NCBI GenBank assembly: GCA_012026655.1
Contig: JAAILG010000034.1
Location: 62,001 to 126,000, forward strand
Reading direction: 5' to 3'
DNA from: Hydrolagus affinis
Lineage: Eukaryota
Length of the DNA: 64,000 nt
Within the stretch, counting starts at the first letter, position 1; the number at the start of each line of letters is the position of its first letter. Below are positions 39,690-51,267 of the stretch, piece by piece. Made by a program: the position numbers and the translations under genes. The notes below the pieces were generated by a model that was not told where the DNA came from, did no database searches, and worked only from the letters and a program-made list of their open reading frames with translations.

Positions 39690-41156
39690 CTTGATGCGAA
39701 GAAAAGCCCTTTGGCACTTTTGGCTCAAACGTGTTCTCAGATTGGCAAACCGGACCCCCCTCCCTCCTCCAAACTGTCCAGCAACACCTCCAACGGTACG
39801 AGCGACAAAGACTCCGGGAAGTCGGCCCCGATCAAGCTGAGCGACATCGGCGGGGAAGACAAGTCGAGCTTTAAACCCTACTCCAAACCCGAGAAGAAGG
39901 AATCCGGCGGCTCGGGATCTGGCAACGTTTCTGGGGAAAAGTCTGGTTTCCGTGTGCCTAGCGCCACCTGCCAACCGTTCACACCCAGGACAGGCAGCCC
40001 TAACTCCAGCACGTCCTCGCCCATGCCATCCGAGGGCAAGGGGGGCGAGAGTCAGGACAAGAAAGACCTTGACGGTGTCAAAAACAGTTCGTCCGACAGT
40101 TCGATCCTCAGCACCAGCGGCGGCGGCGGCGGGATCAGTCACAGCCGGATTAGCGTTAGCTGTGCTGGGATACACGTGGAAGTCAACCCGCAGGACACCA
40201 TTTCAGTGTCCAAACCTCTCACCTCGGAGACATCAGTGATGGGCTCTGGACTTGTGGCCCCCGTTTCCCCTTACAAACAAACCGTCTTCCCCTTGCCTCC
40301 CGCCAGCATGGCCTACCCGGGGGCTCTGGGAGGCTACCCCGGCTACCCGCACCAGTTTGTGCCGCACGGCGTTGCCCTGGATCACGCCAAGTCCAGCCTG
40401 GTGGGAGCGGCTCACCTGGCCAGCTCTTTGGGCTGCAGCCTCTCCGGCAAACCCAATGGCTCCAGCCCCCTGGCCGGAGCCTCTCCGCCTTCCATGGTGA
40501 CGGCCAGCCTTTGCAGAGACCCCTACTGCCTCAGTTATCACTGCGCCGCACACCTCGCCAGCACGGCTAGTAACGCTTGCACCCACGACCCTACTTTGAA
40601 GTCTGGATACCCGCTGGTTTACCCCTCGCACCCTCTACACGCCGTCCACGCGTCCATGTCCAACAACGGCGGCAACCCGTCCCTGACTGGACACCCTTTG
40701 TACCCTTATGGCTTCATGCTGCCTAACGACCCCCAGCCTCACATCTGCAATTGGGTGTCGGCCAATGGACCGTGCGACAAGCGCTTTTCCAGCTCAGAGG
40801 ACCTGCTCAACCACTTGCGGACGCACACAGCTTTCTCCGGGACTGAGAAGCTCATGGCCGGTTACCCCAGCTCCTCCCTGGGCAGCGCGGCGGCGGCGGC
40901 GGCGGCAGCAGCCGTGGCCTGTCACATGCACCTTCCGCCGACAGGGCCGGGGAGCCCAGGCGGTCTGACACTCAGGAGCCCCCACGCTTTAGGACTGAGC
41001 AGCAGGTACCACCCGTACGCCAAGAGCCCTCTGCCGCCCCACGGACCTCCAGGCCCGGTCACTACTCTACCAGTCCCCGCTACGGGGCACTATTATTCTC
41101 CATACGCACTGTACGGCCAGAGGTTAACCACAGCTTCTGCACTGGGCTACCAATAG
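39690..41156 (+). CDS. ZNF503: ZNF503 (Nlz2) coding exon 2, 488 aa + stop; NET/Elbow-Noc family zinc-finger corepressor
   Basis: Acceptor tgtttgtag|CTT at 39689/39690 gives LDAKKSPLALLAQTCSQIGKPD (Sp motif). Also FKPY (Groucho-binding), Btd box CRDPYCLSYHC, a single C2H2 finger HICNWVSANGPCDKRFSSSEDLLNHLRTH, and C-terminus YSPYALYGQRLTTASALGYQ. RLPIKVLKMLTARTGH, WVSANGPC and RLTTASALGYQ favour ZNF503 over paralog ZNF703, as does synteny with LRMDA. Confidence 0.96.
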   Translation, partial: LDAKKSPLALLAQTCSQIGKPDPPPSSKLSSNTSNGTSDKDSGKSAPIKLSDIGGEDKSSFKPYSKPEKKESGGSGSGNVSGEKSGFRVPSATCQPFTPRTGSPNSSTSSPMPSEGKGGESQDKKDLDGVKNSSSDSSILSTSGGGGGISHSRISVSCAGIHVEVNPQDTISVSKPLTSETSVMGSGLVAPVSPYKQTVFPLPPASMAYPGALGGYPGYPHQFVPHGVALDHAKSSLVGAAHLASSLGCSLSGKPNGSSPLAGASPPSMVTASLCRDPYCLSYHCAAHLASTASNACTHDPTLKSGYPLVYPSHPLHAVHASMSNNGGNPSLTGHPLYPYGFMLPNDPQPHICNWVSANGPCDKRFSSSEDLLNHLRTHTAFSGTEKLMAGYPSSSLGSAAAAAAAAAVACHMHLPPTGPGSPGGLTLRSPHALGLSSRYHPYAKSPLPPHGPPGPVTTLPVPATGHYYSPYALYGQRLTTASALGYQ

Positions 41157-41985
41157 ACAAGACATTCAGAAAGCTGCACTGTGCATTGCCGATGGAAGCT
41201 GATGTTGATCGATCCAGTTTCAAAACTGTCAGGGGAAAAAAAAAATCAAGTGTTGACAAACCCAATTTCCCTTTTTTTTGTGAAAAAAAGCGCCCCAGAA
41301 AAAAACACAAGTCTACTTTTTGGGTTTTTTTTGCAAATATGGATTTAAAAAAAAAAAATCCTCAAGGTGAAAATACACAAAACCCACCCAGCACCCCCCC
41401 CACCCCCCCGTTGAATTGCTTTGGTAATGCAGCTCTGTAAATAGAGTTTTTTTCTTGTGTGAAAGGTTTGAGGTGCAATCCAGGTACTCCGCACACAAAG
41501 CAAGATTGCATCTTAAAAATGGATTTATCTGGTGTTCACCGAAGGACTGGCTCCGTGAACGCTGTATTTATTTATGTTAGCTTCAAGCGGGGGAAACATT
41601 ACAAAGTGCATTACTTAAAACAAAAAAAATCCTGATAGGTAAACGTGGAACACAGTGTAGAAAAAAAATAGTTTTTTTTTCTCCGAAGTTTCTTTTAAAT
41701 TGCTATGATTGTATTGTATGTTTTATTTAATGTCTCTTGGGGGAGGGGGTGGGTGTGGGGGGAGGGGGGGGAGGGAGGGAGGAGAAGAATTTACATGCAT
41801 GTTTGTTACTAAATTTCAACTTGTCATTATAATTTCAAATTGCAATTATTTTTAAGGTGTATTACCATGGAAAGAGAATTGGTATTTTTTGTATGTATTC
41901 TGGAAATAAGAAGCTGTGCTATTCAAAAAAAAATGATCGTCTTATTTTGTTATTAAATGAATACTTGATTATAATTTGTAATTTG
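41157..41985 (+). other. ZNF503: ZNF503 3' UTR (end approximate)
   Basis: Follows TAG at 41154-41156. Candidate polyA signal ATTAAA at 41952-41957 with U/GU-rich sequence downstream; the first AATAAA I found is at 42371. Pumilio-type TGTAAATA at 41436 and ARE-like TATTTATTTAT at 41565. Confidence 0.6.
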
Positions 41986-44743
41986 GGTTCGCATTATATC
42001 GGTTTACTATCGTACAAGGGTTTTTATTTATTTCCTTTCTGCGAATCGTCGGATTTTTATTAGGAAGTCGTTTCATTTCAAGTTCCAGCGGTGTTTGGCT
42101 TGAAACATTAATCTAGAAGTTTTCTGGACACATTTAAAACAATATTTTACGACTCTTGCTTTTGTTTTCGCGAAAAACAATCAAGCCACTGAAGACTTAT
42201 TTTTTTTAAGGATGAAAAAAAACAACTAAATCCTCATTCATTTGAAAAGGAAGGGGTGTGAATTCAGGGAAACAGCTGAAACACGAAGAGCAGCTCGACA
42301 GAGAGAAAAAAAAACTGGAGAGAACACTGGCTCTCCTGTCTTCCACACCGATTACGGTTTAAAACCCTGAAATAAAAAGAATAGATCTTTTCCTATTTAA
42401 TACAAGTCCATGCGCAATATCCTATGTATTTCGCTTAACAATAGTCACGTTTTAAATGGAAAATACATCAGTTCACCCATAGCATTGCCTGGAAGTCATC
42501 AAACGGATCTGAAAACTATCTTTTTAACCTTCATACGAAACCTATTTTTTTTTCTCTCCCTATTGAGAACCCCTACAAGAGACCCGTTTAAGATAAATGA
42601 ATGTTTGCAAACTTAAGGAGGGTTTGGCCCTGGTTAATGGTAAACTAGCCAACTGCCTGGTGTGTTCCTACTGGACGCTAATCGATTCTAAACGGGTATC
42701 TAACAGACAGTTAACAGATCTCGGTGCATCGTATTGGAATTTGGTTAGTTTGACCGTGGGAAGATTCGAGGGAAAACAACCTAAACTGCTCGCCAACGAT
42801 ATTCAGTTGAGTCACAACGTCTGTGGTTCATCATTACTACGCGTTAAACAAACACATTTCTTACAATTTTAGGATAAATCCGTGTCAATCTTGAAAAATA
42901 AAGTGGTGAACGTCGGGCAATTAGAAGCATTGCGCTTTTCACACAACAGCCGGCACAGTACACACGAAAAAGAGTTAATTCCACCTAAAACATTATTAAA
43001 TCCAAGGGACATGAACATTAACTTAATGGGTGTAAATTTCACGAGCTATGGCGCCTGAGCACCTTGTTACCGGATTAACAGCAAGGATCAAACTCGCTGT
43101 GATAATAAATAGTCTCAGTATCCATTTTAACACTGTGCTGTCGGTGAGTGTGTGTGTGTCTGTATATTCTTGCTTTTACAGAGCGATGTTACACGGCTAG
43201 TTTATTAGACGTTCAAGGGAGTTACGTTAACTGGTGTATTGGGAATGTGTCCAAATCACCTTTTGGGAAGAGAATCAGATGGACACTCTGATGGAGGGTG
43301 TGTAGAACCTAGTTTTTAAACGAAACGAAACTTCCCCCTTTTTTTTTGTAACTTTTGACAATCATTCAAGTGACAGGATGATTCCTCCCTTCCCATGGTG
43401 AAGACAGCAGGTGATGTGGCTGAGGTGCCGCTCTCTCACTGCATATATATATATATATATATAACGCTGGTGTTTGCAATTTTACTGATGAATCTTTATG
43501 ATATTTCGCATACTTATTCGGTAACTCACCCACACTGTGGTACCTTACTTCCTGCTTTTGTTTCCAAATCAAATAAATACCCCCCATCCCTCTCCCCCCC
43601 CCCCACCAACACTCCCCTGTGATAAATGACCTGTTTGGTATACTTACTGCTCAAACTTGCTTTCCTGTGGCCGAAACATGACAATTGCAACGGAACCTGT
43701 TTCTTTCCAATGCAATTGATTCGCGGAAACTATTTCCACAAATCGTTTCTGCGTTTCAAATCGGTGCATTTAAATTTGCCCCCTTTTCTAAAAAAAAGTT
43801 CTTATAATTCGGAACCCTTGAAAAACGTGCCCGAAACCGAGAAGGTTGTTCACCAACAACCTTTTATTGGTTTGTCTTTATTAGTGTTTTTTTTACTCCA
43901 AACATTCCCAGGCTATTAAAAAAAAGGTGATGGCTTCATCGGTGGCCGGTTCAGAAAATTGCCACAACCGATATTGATGAGTTCCACTCGTTCATTACTT
44001 GAGAAACTTCTGAGAAACATTTTAAATTAAAAAATGCTGCTAATATTCCCCCCCAAAAAAAACGTACTATTTAGTAGCGGAATAATTTAGCAAACAACTT
44101 AATTTCGATCCGAGTACCTGCAAATAATAATCTATCTGTGTGTGAGAGAGAGAGAGAGGTGGGTCGGGGGGGGATTTTTGTTAAGGTTATTGGGCAGTCA
44201 CTGTGTGCTGCTTGTTTGCTTTACTTTAGGGATTGATAGATGCAAAATAGAATCGTGGAGAGAGAAAAAGAGATCGAGTGCGTGAGTGTGTATGTGTGTG
44301 AAATGTATAGGCAGTGAGTTTCTCCCGAGTTTCTTCTGCTATGATATACTAGCGTCAGTCTCGCTGCCCTCTCTCTCTCTCTCTCTCACCCTAAAGCTGA
44401 CAGCAGCCGCTGGTTGGCGTCACCCGCACCGAGCCGATCAGAGACCAGATCTGTTCCAGGGAGACAACCAGCATGAAGGAAAGGCAGATCACATCAACAG
44501 CCAGCATCGCAAATTCACATCAACGTGAGGCCTCCACTCCCAACACCCCCCCACCCCCCCCCCCCACACACACACAAACACCCTCACCTCCCCCTCCCCC
44601 CAAAAAGAAAAAGATTTAAATCGGCGTTTCCGAAATATTCGCTTCAAACACATCAATCCACCGAAAATCAACTCCCAATACAAACCATAAAACACCACAT
44701 CCGACTGACTGACTGACTTGACGCAATCCCAGATTGATCCGAC

Positions 44744-44843
44744 NNNNNNNNNNNNNNNNNNNNNNNNNNNNNNNNNNNNNNNNNNNNNNNNNNNNNNNNN
44801 NNNNNNNNNNNNNNNNNNNNNNNNNNNNNNNNNNNNNNNNNNN
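44744..44843. other. Assembly gap (100 N)
   Basis: Run of exactly 100 N; true size unknown. Confidence 0.99.
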
Positions 44844-45139
44844 CAACTCCACACAGACGTAATAACAACATTTTGTATGTCCCTCTCAAATTTGGTTTGA
44901 AAATGTTCATGGTTTTTATTTAAAGCAAAACAAGAGTTAGATAATGTTCTGGGAGATGATGTGGTACGGGAAACAACGACGTTTTTGAAAATTGAATTTG
45001 CTAAATTATCTGCAAACCTTTTCCTCTTACGTTCCATAAATTAAATACCTGGTTCACGGTTTATTTTTTGTCGGGGGAGAGAGGGAGGGAGGGAGGGAGG
45101 TGGGTAAGTTTAAGTCTAAAACATTCGACACATTAACGT

Positions 45140-45430
45140 TAAGATTGCCATTTCCTTTTCTCTGCCGGGCCAGGAACCGGTAAACTGGTTGAAGCCACGA
45201 ATGCAGTGCGGTTGGGTTTGATGTGTTTGGTAACATCATTTGACACCTCGCTATATGGGTCAACAAGCGAATAAGACAGGAAAGTGTTTCGCAGGACCCG
45301 AGCCTGCTTGTTTGGATTAATTTACATACGTTGTGTTACAATTCAAACATTTCACAGGTAGTGGATGCTTTGCTACATCTGTTTTGACAGCGTGTTAATG
45401 AATTTAAAAGGCAGTTCTTTCATCAAAACT
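45140..45430. promoter_or_regulatory. CNE-like element downstream of ZNF503
   Basis: Unique, motif-dense non-coding block (TTTGATG, GGATTAATTTAC, TGACAG, TTAATGA) inside the TE-free stretch. Conservation not verified. Confidence 0.35.
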
Positions 45431-47239
45431 TATAGGTTGGGCTTTCAGCACCTTTTCCAACGCTCGCCTGGTGATTTCACGAGGCGTGTGTCCCCCCCCC
45501 ACCCACCCACTCTCCTCCACCATCCCTCAATTATAAATTTGTTCTATTAGAAACGACGATTTTACACGTTTAATTCTAAAAGTTAATGGCTGGAAATGAA
45601 ATCAACGGCTTCAAAAAGGGAATAGACATCATCCGTCCATTGTTCCCCACAACCTCCAAACCGAGAGTGTGGCAATTACAGCAATAAACAGAGAGCGAGC
45701 GAGCGAGGGCGGAAATCTGAACAACACATTGCAAAACATTCTGCCAACTTGGGCAACGCGGCTTCACCAGTATCATTGATTTCAAAATCCTCTTAAGTGT
45801 CACCGATGTTTCGGATTTACTCGCCGATTTACCGACACAGCAAACGAAAGCAACAGTCGAACACCGACACAAGACTTGCGATGAATGCACGATTGGGTTT
45901 CAGTCAATTTAAAGTTTTTCGAAACCAAAATAATGAAATTAAAACGATAGGGGCCAAGTATAAATTCGCCGGGGAAAAACAATCGCCTCTCCCCAGGAGT
46001 TCAAATGCCTCAGAAAAGAAACTCATCTGTTACTAAAGCGCAAACCAGCTGGGTTTTGCATCCATCTCAATCATGATTTGTTTTTAAAAAAAACTGTGCA
46101 TTAAGACAAAGAACCTATATGTTTCAGACGATTATTTTCTTTCTGCTAATGAAACAGTGCCAAGCCGGGAGGGGGGTGGGGGGAGATCCAGACCCAAAAC
46201 ATTAATTACATTTACATCGGATGAAGCAACGTTATCACCTCGTGACAATATTTCTCCTGTGAGAGACCTGAAACTATTAAACATTCGGTTTCAAAATATT
46301 AATTCCACTGCACCTCGGAAATGTGCACTGTGCAAAATACATCTTCCTTGCCCATGGATTGATATTTTTTATATTGAACAGATTGATAAGGATAAGCGTT
46401 TTGCGTGTGCGCTTTGAGTGCCCAAAGTTTTACACGACTCCTTTTTATATATACTGTGTGTGTATATATATATATATGGTGCCTGCATTACACCAGTTAC
46501 TCAATTATTCTATAGATGTCGCTGCTGAGTCACAAATAGAGAGATCACCTACTCTTTTTAGGCCTGGGTCTTCATGTTCCCAATGGCTGCGTCCTCTGCA
46601 AATGAAGAAGAACAAAGGATTTTTTTTAACTTTATTGAAAAAAATAAAAACATTTGTTGTGTGTTTGGGTTTACACAAGAAATGTCTCCAGCATCAATTT
46701 ATCACAATCTAACAAAGTATTCACAATTTACTCTACTTGCGTGTTGTGGTCAAAATGGGTTGACCATTTTATCATCAAGATGGTAAAAGTCCACCTAGAG
46801 TGTTCAGCATTAGTTGGCCACTTGCTTACACATTTGTATGTGATATAGTTCCTTTCTATTCTGCATTTGTTTCAAGGACATGCAGACAATATTGAGCAAC
46901 TACTCCACCCCCAACACCACACACCCCCCACCACATCCACAAGGAAGGATAAACAGTTTTCACGCAGTGCAGTCTTAAAAGTCAAACCTGAGACTACAAA
47001 AGAAAAACAAATTGACTGACACAGAACAGCTGTCTCGACACAGATTGCCAACATATTATGCTTCTTTCTACAGTACAGAGAGCATAGAACGTGCAAGTGG
47101 TTATCCGGATATGGTACCTGCTTCATAGGTTGGAGGAAAGAAACTAGACTCATGCAACAGTTAGCACATGCAGTCTTAGTGAATAACAAATAAAAGTAGA
47201 TAGTGGATACAATTTATTTAGAGTGATAAGAAGCATACC

Positions 47240-48140
47240 AAAGGGAATATTGTTAGCTAGAAGATTATGGATTCAAACCCCACACCAAGACTTCAAATCA
47301 CATGGTCTAAACTGATACACTCTGATGCAGTGCTGGGAGTGGGGGATGTTGTATTGTTGGAAATGCCATCCTTCAGATGAGACATCAAACCAAGGTCCCG
47401 TAAATGATTCCACGCCAATCAGTGACACATCTATTCATGATTCATGGCATTATTTGAAAAGAGTAGGGAGTTTCGCCTGGTGTCCTTGGCAACAAAACCC
47501 CCAAATAAAATTGTTTCAGGTCTATGACCCTAAAGTGGATTGGCTGTACCTTGTGAGCAAATGTGGAATTTCCCCATAGATGCTGCCTGACCTGCTGAGT
47601 GTTCCCAGCAATTTCTGTTTTTATTTCAGAGTTCCAGCATCTGCAGTATTTTGTGATTTTTTTCACTTTACAGTATATCCTGTGAAGCACTTTCGGATAT
47701 CTGGACAACATAATAAGAAGCTATAATAATAATAAACCTTGCATTTGATAGAGCATCTTATCACATCTTCAAGATATCTCAAAATGATCCACAGAATAAT
47801 AATAATCCTTGTATTTAGCACTTTTCACATCTTCTAGATGTCTCAAAGAGCTTCACAGAATGTACTGTAAGGTGAATTGACTGTATATGTTGTGGGTGAA
47901 ACACAGCAGCCAATTGCACACATCAGTGTCCCACAAACAGTTGTAGATTGAGTGACCAATCTATTTATTTTGAAGGAATGATTACCCTGGAAAAATGATC
48001 TGCCAATTAACTAACTGGGTTCCTACTTACTGTGTGGTAACCAAAGGCATGGAGAAAGGAAACTTGCCCAATGTTTCACATTGCCTGGAATCAAACCCAC
48101 TTCTCTCGCGTGTGAGATGAGTGCCCTAAACTGAGCTCCA
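47240..48140. mobile_element. Nested repeat cluster: old Deu-SINE (+, about 47240-47510), shark-type Penelope-associated fragment (about 47575-47655) and young SINE copies (-, about 47724-48140)
   Basis: GCCATCCTTCAGATGAGACATCAAACC (Deu-like); AGATGCTGCCTGACCTGCTGAGTGTTCCCAGCAATTTCTGTTTTTATTTCAGA (repeat I recall as common in chondrichthyans); several SINE tails. Confidence 0.75.
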
Positions 48141-49161
48141 AGACTTCATGTGCTATATCCAAAGCATAGATTATTTATTATTATATTGACACATAATCCA
48201 GCTGTTTGTGGTAAATGGGGGCAGATTATTAGCAAACTTCACCTGGTAATAATTATATGTAAGTAGTTTTTTGCTCATACTTGGCACCACATAAAATGGA
48301 CAATCAATGGTTTCTTGTAGCGAACTGGTCAACATGGTTTAATAAAATGCAATGAGCAGTTGTTAGAACTTTGTACCTACCCTTGTTGTGAAATAACTGG
48401 TTAATTAGTGTTTGAAAAGGGAATAACGAGATTTACTGCATGCATATATAGCATGCATATATAGCATGCATTTGGTGTTCACACATAGTGCATATGTTAC
48501 ATGTTGAAAAGCATGTAATGGGCAGTTATTAACATAAGTCAGTGGAGAATACGCTAGTCAGTGGGGAATACACCCATTAAGTAGTTGTTAGCATTTGATG
48601 CATGGCCCATCCCAGAACATGCATATAATATGTCAATCAGTAACACAGTGTGTACCCACACAGGAGTACTGTATTATACATTTATTACAGAACAAGTACT
48701 CACCAAATGGAAGAAAAGTCACTGCCTGGGATTCACAACACTTGTTATGTAGCATTAGTTGAATAATGAAAAGCATCATTAGTATCCTGATACAAATCTA
48801 TTTGCGAAATATTATTTCTTCCACATAATGTAGCTGCATTATAGAAATGGACTCCTTCCAATTCAAGTTCCCAATCTTGGCTTTATTCAAGATAGCCAAT
48901 GAAGGATAATTGTCTATGCACTTTCTTTTAACATCAGCCATCAGCAAAAATGAACAGGTAGATAAGAATACTTGATTTTTAAATGACAAAACTGTTTTAG
49001 TTTTATTTAGAATTAAAATTGTATTATAATTATGTACTTATAATGTAATGATTTAAAATTAACAAATCAATTCCAGGTAGCTACTTGGCCCAGTGCTTAC
49101 CCTAGATGTTGGGTATTTCAAGATTTAAAATGTTTCACATCACTTCTACTCAGTGTGTGAA

Positions 49162-49193
<32 letters not shown>

Positions 49194-49516
49194 ACAGTGG
49201 GCATGTCTACTTTCAAGAATGTTTGTACATCAGTTAAAGCTACCAATACTTGAGGGAGCTATTGATTGCTTAAACAGAGCTAAGTCTGATATGTACTGCA
49301 TTTCATTTGCCAAATAAATCCAGGCTGGATAAATTGGAATGCACTCAACATGCATTGGTTTACAGCACAATTGTTGTGATTTATTCCTGGTTTTATTCCT
49401 CAAACATCCATTGAAGAAACAAGTAAGAGACTATGCATTTTCTTTCTGTCTGCTGCATATCATCATCATCATCTACAATTACAAACTAAAAGCATTTTCA
49501 CCTATCCACTTCCTTG

Positions 49517-49842
49517 AAGCTCCTGTGGCTTAGTGGTTAGAGCACTTGTCTTGCAAGCTGGGGAGACCAAGCTGGGGAGACCTGTGTTTGAATCCAGGTA
49601 GATCAGGGCAAGTTTCCTTACTCCACACACCTAATAATAATCTGTCCAAAAAAACCACAATAATAAAATTGGTCATTTCAATCCACGACTGTTTGTGGGT
49701 CACTGCTGTGCACAATTGGCTGCCATGATTCGCCCACAAATATACAGTCAATTCACTTTACTGTATATTCTGTGAAGCACTTTGGGACGTCAATAAGATG
49801 TGAAAAGCGCTATATCAAATGCAATAATAATAATAATTATTA
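49517..49842 (+). mobile_element. Young full-length tRNA(Thr)-like-headed SINE with 7-bp TSD
   Basis: A-box TGGCTTAGTGG, B-box-like GTTTGAATCC, AAT/ATT tail; TTCCTTG on both flanks (49510-49516, 49843-49849). Confidence 0.92.
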
Positions 49843-50559
49843 TTCCTTGGCCAGAAAATAGTGGTTAGCATGACAAGACTTAAGTGGAAAAGAAATATAT
49901 TTTGATATATGCGTGTGGTGGTGGGGCGGAGGGCTTTGGGGGGCCGAGGGCATAACAATGTAAAGAATATGATAATGTCTCTGCTTGTGAAGGCGTTCCT
50001 AAAAAAAAATGAATGTGTTGGTACTCTAGAATGACTGGCCCAATCCTATGGGCATTATTGCAGAACCACAACTACAGTGAGGCCCTGATAAATTCCATAC
50101 ACAAGCGACTGCAAACTTTGATCCAGGTCATACGTGGAGGTACAGAGTATCTCACAGACTGACTGAGTGTTCTTGAAAACAGGCCCTACCTGCACAATTC
50201 TTTCAAAAACAAAATGTTATGATTAAATTTACTATGTATGACAAATTAAGTGCAGGCGAAACTAAGGTAGATATTCCGCCATCATACTGATGTTGTTACA
50301 TTAATTTTATAACAAATTATGTTACTGACCCAATATATTTGTGATTCTCTATATATGCCTAGGAGCCATATGTCATTTTAACTAAGAGTTCTGGCTTACA
50401 TTGTCACCCTCACCTTGCCCTACTTTTCATGCACCACTACTCATTGCAACATTAATTGTGTTATGAAAGACCTTTCTTGGCATATAAAAACACTTCGTGT
50501 ATTTCTGCTGTAGAAACAAAAGATTTTTTACTTCAATCTGAAATTACTGCTTATGAAAT

Positions 50560-50680
50560 AATAATAATACGAAGCATCTTCCTTGCATTTGATATAAGTC
50601 CTTATCACTTCTTTGATATGTCTCAAAGCGCTGCACAGAATATAAAGTGTAACGTGAATATTTTGTGGGTGAAAGATGTA
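50560..50680 (-). mobile_element. SINE tail fragment
   Basis: CCTTGCATTTGATATAAG...TCTCAAAGCGCTGCACAGAATAT. Confidence 0.75.
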
Positions 50681-51267
50681 GTTACACAAATCTTAAAAGT
50701 TGGATCACATTTTTTTTAAATGTACTTCTCACGATTTCATAGTCACATCGTGTGTGAATGAGACTTCGGCTGACGAGTGCTAGTCACAAAAAGTTTAGCT
50801 AAAGTCATTAGCTTCTTTTACAGAAGACAGTTTGGGAACAGAGAGACCTACATTTTGTCGTAGTCATTATGTCAGAATTCAGTTGCTTTAGGTTTGAGAA
50901 CGCAATTTCATTCAGCACATCAACTCTTGGAGATGCAGGAGGGAGGAAGATAATGTGCATGTCTCACAGCCTCATCATTTTGCCCATTACAACAATGGCT
51001 CGAAGTGAGGCAATGAAAAATAATGAACTAAAGATTGGTGGCAACAAAAGGTGATCTCGGCGAGCCAGAGCTGAACAGCCTAAATTGCTGAATATCAGTG
51101 GATGATAGCTGGTGAACCAGGATAAGCAAATAAATGAGGGCAATGAAGAGAGGTGCAAGACCACCTAGTCATAATTTCAGATTAGTTTCAGTTTAGCAGC
51201 AAGTTTCAAAAAATGTCATTACCTTATAATAAATTTTAAATGCATTTAACAGTTGAGCACAGTATAA

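Noticed and set aside
39669-40985. Antisense and alternative-frame ORFs (168, 132, 95, 86 aa etc.) over ZNF503 exon 2
   Set aside because: Shadows of a GC-rich coding exon, with no recognisable motifs.
39711-41156. 481-aa ORF as a stand-alone gene starting at TTG
   Set aside because: It is exon 2; the real start is in exon 1 and the exon begins at 39690.
44489-45037. 182-aa ORF and other ORFs spanning N runs (also 38271-38609)
   Set aside because: Their length is an artefact of reading through assembly gaps.
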